A DNA stretch of 63,847 nt, filler included, from Licmophora abbreviata (lineage: Eukaryota), in NCBI GenBank assembly GCA_900291995.1. It is 7 parts of 7 records of this genome, joined end to end, with 100 filler letters (N's around TTAATTAATTAA, not from the genome) between each part and the next. Parts side by side here need not be neighbours in the genome. Positions count along the whole stretch, not along the records: positions 47,674 to 60,137 come from OLMU01001725.1; positions 60,238 to 63,847 come from OLMU01001727.1; 5 more parts are not named here. The stretch is one strand, 5' to 3'. The translations under genes were made by a program, and so were the position numbers. The notes beneath the pieces are model-generated. The model was not told where the DNA came from, made no database searches, and saw nothing but the letters and a program-made list of their open reading frames with translations. This document shows, piece by piece, positions 54,973 through 63,847 of the stretch (within the stretch, counting starts at the first letter, position 1; each line of letters starts with the position of its first letter).

Positions 54973-56805
54973 CTAATCATCATCTCCATTTGCCTCCGCA
55001 ATACGCTTTCGAGAGCTTTGAATGCTCTGGAATCTCTTAGTGCGCTTCATCTTGTCGTACGCTGGCGTCGTATCGATCTCCCGACGTCTCGGTGCCGTCT
55101 TCTGTTTGCTCTTCCTTTTCTTTTTAAGCGTTAGCATCCACTCGGGGACTTCGCATCCGCTTTGTTTCATTACGTTGGCAATCGTCCGAACGTGTTCAAA
55201 GTCAGCCTCTGTGAATAAAGTAATAGCCTTCCCCTTGCGACCAGCGCGCCCTGTTCGACCGATTCGGTGCACATATGTGACGCCCGACACTGGGAGATCA
55301 TAGTTGATCACCATGTTTACCGCGCGAAAGTCAACTCCCCGTGCGACCAGATCGGTACAAATCAAAACCCACGTGTCTCCTCGACGAAACTTGGCCACTG
55401 CTCCATCTCTAGCAGCTTTTGATCGCCCCGCATGAATCACATCGACATGAAGTCCATCGTATAATAATTCTCCAAAGAGTGCCTGTGCACGCTCCTTGCT
55501 CTGAACAAATACCAGAGCGGGGGGTTTTAGCTTGCCACGCTGTGTAAGCTGTCGTATCGCCAGAAGCTTGCCCTCCTCTCGTCCCACAAACATGAGTTCT
55601 TGTTCGATATCAGGATTTGCTCCTCCCGTACTCCCCGAGGTGGCTATTGAAAGGTCAACTGGATTGCGGAGAATCGATTCGGATAGGGATCGTACAGTAG
55701 GCGTAACCGTGGCCGAGAGAAGAGCTCGCGTGGCGGAAACAGGTAGAGCGCCGAATATAGCGTCGATCTGCGACAAGAAGGACTGTGACTGACTCGTTCC
55801 CGATGTTCGTGATGTCTTAGCTCTGGCGGCATCTTCCTTTTCCTCCGAGTCGGATTCGTCGACCGACACCTTTCCGTGCAGACCAGTGTCGGCCGCGTCG
55901 AGGAGGCGATCTGCCTCGTCGAGTACCACGATGCGAACATTGTTCAAGTCGAGACCCTTCTCTATCGAGTCTACGAGCCGCAGCGGTGTAGTCACCAAGA
56001 CATCCAATCCTCGCTTTCCACCAGCGTTTCCCGCAATGACATAGGGTGCGTTCGACTTGGACAAAAGAAGCGAAGTGAGTCCTCCTGGCTTTCCGGTACC
56101 AAGTCGCTCTACTTCTCTGTGGAGCTGTGCTGCCAGCTCCCTAGAACAGGCTAACAGCAATGATCGGATTTCGCCTTGATGAGATGACTTTCTTGAGGTT
56201 TTCTTGGTCGAGGATTCATTGGCTGTATCTGCCTCAGTGGAGTAAAAGATATGGTGTGGAGCGCTACTCAAGAGCAACGTAGGAATCACGAATGCGCCAG
56301 ACTTTCCGCTGCCTGTCGGTGCGCAACCAATCAGATCACGGCGACCAACAAGTGTTGGTATGGACTGCATTTGAATCGGCGTAGGTTCTTTCCACTTTCC
56401 TGTCTCAATATTTTGACGCAGCACTCGGACAAGCGATGCAAATCTTGGTTCAGCAGCGGGGTCCCACCACGATGGCAGTTTGATCTCATCAAAAGACGAG
56501 ATTGGATCAGGTATATCCGGATCGTGTTTATTTTTCAGCTGTATCGACATCGATCTACGAAATGCTGCCATTTCCTCACGGTGAACTTGTTGTCGCTTGA
56601 CCTCCGAGTTGTCTCGCTTTCCGGTGCGATCCCTCGACGCAACATGTTGGTCGTCGTCGTTACAATGATGCTCTTCTTCAGCGGCACCACGGACATTGAC
56701 ACTTGCTGCTGCCGCGGAAGCCCTCGAACCCTTTTGTCGCTTTTTTGGTCGATTGGACTTGTTAATTCTCGCCGAAGACGACAACATATTGAACAACTCG
56801 TCCAT
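54973..56805 (-). CDS. ROK1: DEAD-box RNA helicase ROK1/DDX52
   Basis: PTPIQMQSIP, APTGSGKS, TTPLRL, DEAD, SAT, EEGKLLAIRQ, PPALVFVQSKERA.ALF.EL, HRIGRTGRAG. Confidence 0.92.
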   Translation of the reverse strand: MDELFNMLSSSARINKSNRPKKRQKGSRASAAAASVNVRGAAEEEHHCNDDDQHVASRDRTGKRDNSEVKRQQVHREEMAAFRRSMSIQLKNKHDPDIPDPISSFDEIKLPSWWDPAAEPRFASLVRVLRQNIETGKWKEPTPIQMQSIPTLVGRRDLIGCAPTGSGKSGAFVIPTLLLSSAPHHIFYSTEADTANESSTKKTSRKSSHQGEIRSLLLACSRELAAQLHREVERLGTGKPGGLTSLLLSKSNAPYVIAGNAGGKRGLDVLVTTPLRLVDSIEKGLDLNNVRIVVLDEADRLLDAADTGLHGKVSVDESDSEEKEDAARAKTSRTSGTSQSQSFLSQIDAIFGALPVSATRALLSATVTPTVRSLSESILRNPVDLSIATSGSTGGANPDIEQELMFVGREEGKLLAIRQLTQRGKLKPPALVFVQSKERAQALFGELLYDGLHVDVIHAGRSKAARDGAVAKFRRGDTWVLICTDLVARGVDFRAVNMVINYDLPVSGVTYVHRIGRTGRAGRKGKAITLFTEADFEHVRTIANVMKQSGCEVPEWMLTLKKKRKSKQKTAPRRREIDTTPAYDKMKRTKRFQSIQSSRKRIAEANGDDD

Positions 56806-57024
56806 GGTCGTCGTTCGCACCTTGCACAGAACAAACTGAAAATGAGCGTCGCGATCATTTTTGTGAGAAATTTTGGATGGCTGTGGGAGTTTTCCCGCCA
56901 AACAAGGACCCCTTCGACTACAAGATGGCGAGCGCGCCGACCAACAGTCAAATGATTTTTGGAACGGCCATGGCATTCGTTCGTTGTCCTTGTTTCCATC
57001 GTTCCAACAGTTCGGCATCCTATC

Positions 57025-57597
57025 ATGAAGCTCTTTCACCGCACCGACTATTGGGGCTCATCTATTGAAGGACGCGCTCGTCTGGGTCACGCGGCGCGTC
57101 ACACGTACGGTCCGTACACTTTCATCGACGCACAAGCGGTTACCGAGGACCGTGTGCATGGCGACTTTTGTGGGTGTTGCCTGCATCGTGGCAAGCGCGT
57201 CCTAGAGATGGATGAAACCCATTTCCTCGAGACCTACGATGGATTCTGGGAGCTCTTTCACATTCGGACGTGTCTCGGAGAGAACCGATATTTTCACGAC
57301 TTCATTCTCATTCCAGCGCCACAGGTCGTCTTCAAGGGCCCGGGCTGGACTCGTCTAGGTTCGGTGAGAGCTGGTTTGGCTCGAATGTCGCTGGGACATT
57401 TCCTTCGTCCTTTCTTGATTTCTAACGCCATTCGTGAGGCTGGTGCCATTCTCCACCACGCTCATGTCGCAATCGTCATGTCATCTCTGCGCGTCGTGCA
57501 CAAGCCACGCAATGCCCTGAAGCGGTCGAATCGGCGCCGGCTTCGCGCCAATCGAAAGGTGACTCAGGACTTCAAGTCGGTCAGCTTGACACTATAA
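57025..57597 (+). CDS. Hypothetical protein (start uncertain; possible upstream exon)
   Basis: About 190-aa ORF filling the space between ROK1 and nicastrin; no recognisable motif. Confidence 0.45.
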   Translation: MKLFHRTDYWGSSIEGRARLGHAARHTYGPYTFIDAQAVTEDRVHGDFCGCCLHRGKRVLEMDETHFLETYDGFWELFHIRTCLGENRYFHDFILIPAPQVVFKGPGWTRLGSVRAGLARMSLGHFLRPFLISNAIREAGAILHHAHVAIVMSSLRVVHKPRNALKRSNRRRLRANRKVTQDFKSVSLTL

Positions 57598-57765
57598 CTT
57601 CTAAGCGAACGTAACCATAGATGTACAGGGCGCAATAAGCAAGAGAAAGATGCATCGTTGAAGAAATTACGAGTCCGTTTCTTCAAGACTAAGTATTGCT
57701 ATAGACATGATTTTACAAACCGACTCAATCATCTTCAGCTCGTCATTCATGGACCACCTCATCCT

Positions 57766-60132
57766 TCAAAGAAGCTTCTGTTTCTGCATCTTCTGCTTCA
57801 CCAGGAATACAGTCATGGTCATCATTCCCATGAAGAAGAGACCGGCTCCCAAGGCGTAGAGGCCTGACGTCTTGCCCACGTCACGATAGACCCGTACACC
57901 AATAGTAGAAGACCAGTAAGGCTCTGTGTACATGGGGCTGATGCCTTCATCATCGTCCGACATGACAAAATATCCCGTAATGTTATTGGCCGCAGCCTCC
58001 AGCGCTTCGTCCAATGCAACATGATAGTGGGCTCTGGAGCAGACACACTGCCCCCCTCCAGTGCATACTGCTGTGTCGCCGTCGTTGCCGCAGTAAGAAA
58101 CCTTGGAGCACCTTGACGTGGACGAACATGACTGCAAAGTGGGAGTCGACGTGCTTCCGTCATCGTTTTCTACGACCGATCCACGACCCAGAAAATCGTT
58201 CAGCATTCCTCGAATCGCCGCTTCGAGCATCTTGGGACGCATCGAAACAGCGTCGTCCTTCTTTCTCCCGTATTCTTCTCCACTGTAAGCACCATACCAT
58301 TTATCGCCCACCTGCGCAAATGGCTGGCCATTTGACCAATCATAGACACTCACATAGTAGTTTGGAGGCCTTCCAAGCGAGATTCCCATGTTCATCTCGA
58401 TGCCCGTTCGGTCTACATCGTTCTTCGCCTCCATCTTGGCATACTTCTTTAGCATGTCGCAGAGGCCGTCCTCGTATAAGCAATGGGCCAGCGAGACGAG
58501 CGTCTCATCGTCCGCACTGACTTTATTGGAAATCTTGTTTAACGCATACTGAGCCGCAGTATCAGACTCGTAGCTTCCGTCGTCATACGCTGCTGCCAAA
58601 GCCGTCCGTGCCAAAAGCGTCGCCGCCGCAGCAATCGCTTCCAGATTCATGCTGCGTGTTTCAACACTATCACGGTGTGAATGGTAGTAGCCATCTGCGT
58701 ATGCATTGTTGTATCCACTGAGAATGGCTCCGCCAACGCCTCCTTCGCTTAGCTGTAATAGCGACGTCAGGGGCGTCGGAGGATATGCGCCATCCTCTTC
58801 GTCGGCCTCGTAGACGGCATAGTTGTTTGCAGATGATGCCTGCAACACATCGGCCAAGAATCCTCCAAATTCACTCCCGTCACTGCGCGTGTACAAAGAC
58901 TTGGCGGTACTCAGCACTCCCACTTGATCTACCGTCAGCATACCCGCAATCGATCCCAAGTTCTGAAACTCCAAGCTCGGTCTCATGGGATACAGACAGG
59001 CCTGCTCTGATTCGTCCCCCAACTTGCTGACTACCGGCACAGTTTTGCCCTCGCTGCATTCAAAGCCGGGATACGCCACATCGCGCAAAAAGGCACGCGA
59101 ACCGATGAACCCATAACTTTCACCTTGAAAGAATCCAAACAGAATACGCTTGTTCAAACTGTCCAAGACGTCATCCGTGACGCTGCCTCCCAACAACTTG
59201 GCCGCCATGAGCATGGTGAGGATATTCGAGGCGGCCGTGTTCGCACCCGGGACCGAGTCGCGAAAGAGCGACGTGGCGTCTATCGAGGTTGCAATCATGA
59301 CCACCTCGCGACCACTGCTAGAAGATGCCGAGGTATCATCCAAGCGGCGGCTGGTAGTTTCGGGAGATCCTGCCGTAGCCCAGACACTGGTGCCACCAAG
59401 CGGCAAGCACTTGGGACGCCAGACTTGATCGGCTTCGTCCAACCAACTTAGGCAGGTTGCGCTGTCCATAGTAGACGCACCCATGTAATAATTGAATTCA
59501 GCCACAATCGACGAGTCCTTGCTGGATTCCTGCGAGACAGATCGAATGTAATCCGACAAGCTGTCACTGGGAAGGAATGAAATGGGAATACCGTGAAAAT
59601 CCTGGAAGACAAGCCCGTCGCCGTTACTGTTCCAAGCGTAGTCGGTCGTTCCGTAATTGACATTCTCCGAGGGAGTTCCGTACCCTTGCGGATACTGCGA
59701 TTCCGGTGAGGCATATGAAGCACTGCTACTGTCTTGGCTTGTCGTGGCATTGACCACCAAGATGCCCTGCAGCAATCCGTACTTGTTGTTGGCGAGAACG
59801 CTTTGAACGGTCGTGTCTGTCAGGTCTGCCTCGTCTATGACCCACACGTACGGCTCTTGGTAATTGTCATACTTTTCACTTGTGGCATCCAGGTAATGCA
59901 GCTTGCCTAACTGTCTCTCGCGCCCTGCCGTGCCGCATCCAAATCTTCCGTTGCGATGAAACAAGGAGTAGCAGGCTTGATTGGGCAAGCGCGCAAACGA
60001 TTTCTGGAAAGGTTCATCGAGAGTGGGCTCCTTGTCATGTGAAATGGCACAAACGCCAACAAGTGCAGCTAGAACGGTGAGAGCCGTCCTGCAGCGACGC
60101 TGCAGCGACGACGGCTTGATCATCATCATCAT
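57766..60132 (-). CDS. NCSTN: Nicastrin (gamma-secretase subunit)
   Basis: Signal peptide; C..LF..NG.FGC, CLPLGGTSVW, FQGESYGFIGSRAF, PPTPLTS, YYHSHRD, YTEPYW, C-terminal TM. Confidence 0.88.
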   Translation of the reverse strand: MMMMIKPSSLQRRCRTALTVLAALVGVCAISHDKEPTLDEPFQKSFARLPNQACYSLFHRNGRFGCGTAGRERQLGKLHYLDATSEKYDNYQEPYVWVIDEADLTDTTVQSVLANNKYGLLQGILVVNATTSQDSSSASYASPESQYPQGYGTPSENVNYGTTDYAWNSNGDGLVFQDFHGIPISFLPSDSLSDYIRSVSQESSKDSSIVAEFNYYMGASTMDSATCLSWLDEADQVWRPKCLPLGGTSVWATAGSPETTSRRLDDTSASSSSGREVVMIATSIDATSLFRDSVPGANTAASNILTMLMAAKLLGGSVTDDVLDSLNKRILFGFFQGESYGFIGSRAFLRDVAYPGFECSEGKTVPVVSKLGDESEQACLYPMRPSLEFQNLGSIAGMLTVDQVGVLSTAKSLYTRSDGSEFGGFLADVLQASSANNYAVYEADEEDGAYPPTPLTSLLQLSEGGVGGAILSGYNNAYADGYYHSHRDSVETRSMNLEAIAAAATLLARTALAAAYDDGSYESDTAAQYALNKISNKVSADDETLVSLAHCLYEDGLCDMLKKYAKMEAKNDVDRTGIEMNMGISLGRPPNYYVSVYDWSNGQPFAQVGDKWYGAYSGEEYGRKKDDAVSMRPKMLEAAIRGMLNDFLGRGSVVENDDGSTSTPTLQSCSSTSRCSKVSYCGNDGDTAVCTGGGQCVCSRAHYHVALDEALEAAANNITGYFVMSDDDEGISPMYTEPYWSSTIGVRVYRDVGKTSGLYALGAGLFFMGMMTMTVFLVKQKMQKQKLL

Positions 60133-60137
60133 GGTGC

Positions 60138-60237
60138 NNNNNNNNNNNNNNNNNNNNNNNNNNNNNNNNNNNNNNNNNNNNTTAATTAATTAANNNNNNN
60201 NNNNNNNNNNNNNNNNNNNNNNNNNNNNNNNNNNNNN
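60138..60237. other. Assembly spacer
   Basis: N44-TTAATTAATTAA-N44. Confidence 0.99.
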
Positions 60238-62313
60238 AGTCTGTTCCTCTTTAAAAAGACGTACTCGTTTTCCGCAGAACTTTACCTCCAAGAAAGGGAT
60301 TTGCTTCCAGCACTCACTGAGGAACTCTCTAAGGGGCCCACCTTCGTCAGCTGGCTTCACCGCCTCGTCATGTTTGAACCCCTGGACTCCTTTGATGGTC
60401 TCAGGCACTAGATTCGAAATGGTCAGGTCTATGACGCGTTCATTGGCGATGTACAGACACTTTTCGGAGGGCACTTACTCTCGTAGTCGACCGTCGATGT
60501 AGCAACTAATCGATAGAAATTCACATCGTTCATTTCTCCGAAGAGTTCGTGTTTGGGTAAGTCGTTGTACCACTTAAGAAAGAGGTCGCTAAGATCAAAT
60601 TCTTGGGGAACGCGGTCGAACAAAGCCGTCCTGCGGATTGTCTTCGGAGGCCTGGATAAGATTGTTTCGCGGAAGCACTTCATAAATCGTTCGTAGACTT
60701 TCGAAAAATATTCCATTTCACGCTTGGATGGGGAAGGGACTTCTTCACCAACGACACCCATCCGTTCCTTTATTTTTTGGTAGTCTTCAAGCTCAGATGT
60801 CCGGTCACAATCGATACTCTTTAGACGAGCGTTGTCGCTGTCCGCCTTTTCGCGGTCTGCTCTCTCCTTCATTAGCTGCGCTTCCATCTTATCCTGCATG
60901 CTGAAGTGTAAAAAGAACGGAGAGATGAGTCAATGTATGTCACACGACTCAGTACGCGAGATCATTCTTACCTTTCCCGTATTTGGGCTTCGCGGCGTAA
61001 GATTTTGGTATGGTTTGGTTCTCCCGGCTGGTAAAATGCCTTGTGAAACAGCCCTGGAACTATGTAGTCCTGATATACAAGCTGTAGGTATTCGAATGTA
61101 TAGTTGTGATAGAACCGAGATAGTTCGTCTTCTCGACCGTCACAGAGCTTGATCTTCAAATGGGCGATGAGTGCGTTGGGGCCATACGCCTTCGAATCGC
61201 AGAGCGGTGAGTCCACATTGTATGCGGTCCGCCATTTTCCCATTTTATTCTTACTACAGGGACACCAGCACCACTTGGTTCCGATCAGCCTCGCCTCGGC
61301 GACTTCAAACCCGATCGTGAAGAAGTTGTCGGGAAGGGCGCGGATAAACTTCTTGAGCTGATTTTTCCAAACATTTCCTCCGGCGTCGGCGTCCGCGCCT
61401 GGAAAGTCGTCGCTGATGCCACTATCAGAGGTTTCATCCGAGTCACAATAGGAGGCATTCGTTTTGCTTTGATCGAGGCGATCATCCTTCTCAATCATAG
61501 CAACTACCCTCTCGGCGCACTCCCTCCGTTTCTGCATAACAGAATCTAGAGGCGCCCTTTTCGCCTCACTGGGTAGAGCACGAAATGTGCTGTCGTCCGG
61601 TAGCTATGGCGCAATTGTACTATGTGAGAAATTACTACGAAGTAGCCAGATGGCTGACGACACAGATGCTTATGAATGGGCAACTCACCACAGCTTCCAG
61701 CTTCTTCTCGTATGGGGTCAATTCTTTCGCTGGTGGTTTCACGTTGGCAAAACTATTCAAGTTCTCTCTGGCAGATTCGTTTGAAGACACTTGGTCGACT
61801 CTGTCGTTAGGACCAGAATTCGAATGTCGGTCCCGAGTTGACTGGGCCCCTTCATGGACGTTCGAGGATGGAACGCTCGTCCCCCGGTGCTGACTGCGGC
61901 CATGTCCTAGCACTCGCTCATCACTACGATCGGAATAGTGGCTGTCCTCGCGCCTGCTGTACCTGTCGCCATTGTATTGACCGTAGCGACCGTCTTCTCC
62001 TCTGCCTGACAGGTCATAGTGCTGTCGTCCAGGCGCATAATCACCGTTGTCATGGCGCCAACCCTGGTTTGAAAAGCGAGCTAGAAATGTAAGGCGACTC
62101 GAGTCGAGCTATTTTTTCCCTCAATAGTGAGAGCGAAGCACGGACGTGCGCTGCGATGTCGAGAGCTCTCACCTGATCCTGCCGCGGGTGAGGTTGATCT
62201 GGCTGGTGGTGGCCACCACGTCTCTGATTTCCTTGCCAGGGCCGTCGATCACTCCCATCATAAGAGGGGCGGTCTCCGTGATATGGGTTGTAACGTTTTT
62301 CACCCCTTCCCAT
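60238..62313 (-). CDS. Five-exon gene: RG/Y-rich N-terminus, Cys/His finger, start of HECT-like domain (3' truncated); exons 62313-62173, 62063-61689, 61603-60972, 60900-60479, 60428-60238
   Basis: Four GT-AG introns join the ORFs in frame; WCWCPCS..M..WR...C...ALIAHL...H; ADEGGPLREFLSECW resembles HECT DAGG..REF. Confidence 0.6.
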
Positions 62314-62456
62314 TGCTTGCCTTTCTGTTTCCGTCCCGCTTTAGATCTTTTGAAAGCTTTTCTGCACAAGTTTTTGTGCATGCATCCGTAGCTCACACAT
62401 ACAATGCTGGCCGGCGTCCTGCAACGCGCCGGGCGCTGTTCGGAGACCGCGAGACC

Positions 62457-62468
62457 CTTATATATAAG
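62457..62468. promoter_or_regulatory. Palindromic TATA-like element CTTATATATAAG about 145 bp upstream of the 62313 start
   Basis: Read directly; AT island in GC-rich surroundings. Confidence 0.4.
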
Positions 62469-62671
62469 TATTTGTATCTAAGTCTAGGGCCGCAGTCTAT
62501 ACGTAGGGGGGAAACCCTTGGAGGGCAGCGCAGTCGTTCATCAAGACGAGTAGAAATTTGGCACCAGAACGTACAGACACCTTTTTATCGATTCGTAGAA
62601 GTACTACGTTGAGCTTAAGGAAGCGCAGATTTCCGATGGAAGAATCAATCGGTCCAACTCTTAGTTTACGC

Positions 62672-63847
62672 TTATCGCAACGTAGACAATACCGTGTCAA
62701 GACTCTCGTTCAAGGATGCAATCTCGTTGAGTAGCTCTGACTCCTTCTTCGAATCCACAGAGGACTTTTCCACTATAGAAACCACTGTTTTGAGCTTCGT
62801 ATCTGCCCCTCTAAGCCCGACCGCAATCTCGTCATTTCGATTCGCGAGGACAGCTTGGGATCCACCAAAAAGTCTGGAAAAGTATTCACCCAGATGAGAA
62901 CAAGAGAAAAGTTCGATAGGCTCGGGCTCATATGCTTTTTCCTCAACCGCATCCCCTTCCTGTGCATGGCAAGCTCCCTTCACATTCTCAAATAAGTCGA
63001 GCTGACCCTTTGTTGTCTCCTCTGTAGTGCCCGCCTTGATTTTGGACGCCACACTGTTGCAATGATGGAGGAAGAAACGTCGAACACCACAAGTTTCTGG
63101 AGCGTGAGATTGAGCGAATCAAGTCTGTGGGGTTGCTATATCACAGGCATCGACTTACATGGTGCTCTTGACAAAGTTAACAAAGAGGCCAACCTCGATC
63201 AAGAGATCGTTCTTTCCGACACGCGATGCCACCCATCGGATCTCGACTTCAAAACAGTCCGCAAAAGCAATCCCATCCATTTGAACCGTCATTGAGAGTA
63301 TACACCGATCATCCTCTTCGACTCGGCAGTATTGCGTGTGTTTGACACCCGCGACTGGGGGGCCAGTGTACAAATGAGTCGTCCGCGTGAATTTGAATGT
63401 CACAACCTGAAAAAGTTTGAATGGATATTTGTATTAAGTCAGACTCTTGCTAGACTCCACAAGAGAAGAAGTACGTTCGACTGGCCAAAACTTACTCGCA
63501 TCTGTGAGTACTCCTCCCCGCACCACCCCCCTCGAAACCCTTCGCCTCCTTCGGCAAAAGTCCAATCCTCTACCTTTACTTCATTCTTCCCACTGGCCGC
63601 CAACCATGGCCCATAGAACGGCTCTTTGTCTGTTCTGTTACCTTCCGACCAGACAGTTTCGTAAAACTCTCGGATGGACACTCCCCGCAATTGCTTCCGG
63701 ACAATGACATTCATGTTCTGTAGCTTTGAATCTGGAGGAACGTCGGGCAATTCTTCTTCCGTTTGCTCGCTAGGAGCACTACGACTTATCTGGCGATGAA
63801 TGGGAGCTGCCACCGAGTGAATCCCTTTGGCGACCGCCTTCAGTGCG
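62672..63847 (-). CDS. VASt (StARkin) lipid-transfer domain protein, 5' partial (introns 63495-63407, 63158-63054)
   Basis: VSIREFYETVW, V..EDW, R-VVTFKF, V..TQ, MDGIAFADCFEVEIRW, VNFVKSTI-VASKIK. Confidence 0.8.

Noticed and set aside
54393..57039. Long antisense/overlapping ORFs (e.g. 54393-54938, 56251-56955) and many similar ones in the track
   Set aside because: Shadow ORFs of well-supported genes, expected from codon bias, with no motifs
20234..60237. TTAATTAATTAA repeated six times as a possible biological repeat, CRISPR-like array or TTAA transposon target
   Set aside because: It is always centred in an identical 100-nt N block and places stops in all six frames, so it is an assembly linker

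Overview
Gene-dense eukaryotic nuclear DNA, most likely from a diatom (stramenopile with a secondary red plastid). The basis is short GT-AG introns of about 50-115 nt, some with CTAAC-type branch points, very short intergenic spaces, and several proteins with bipartite signal+transit peptides cleaved at ASAFAP-like sites (VSA-FSP, AKA-FLL, VVS-WVP, TDA-FAG, VHG-FVP). The window is a scaffold broken by six artificial 100-nt spacers (N44-TTAATTAATTAA-N44); at least two genes appear to run across a spacer. About 36 protein genes can be read, mostly housekeeping: CSN4, symplekin, CDK7, EMC7, DBP9, ROK1, VPS53, nicastrin, HOP2, MsrA, CLC channel and a VASt protein. I found no tRNA/rRNA, CRISPR array or recognisable transposon. 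The most notable items appear only after splicing by hand or reading domain order: (1) a three-exon coactosin(ADF-H)-villin headpiece fusion that the ORF track misses; (2) a plastid GIY-YIG(GRXS16-like)-NFU fusion; (3) a RING/TRAF-finger-TPR-J-domain protein; (4) a signal-peptide-bearing proteasome alpha subunit; (5) a double H-x3-C-x-C-x2-C motif inside an apparent Tat lumen-transit peptide; (6) a plastid-targeted 2-phosphoglycerate-kinase-like enzyme; (7) a bacterial-type YghU GST; and (8) a CLC gene interrupted at a TTT_CGG site resembling a +1 frameshift motif. All family calls come from motif recognition by eye; no searches were run.
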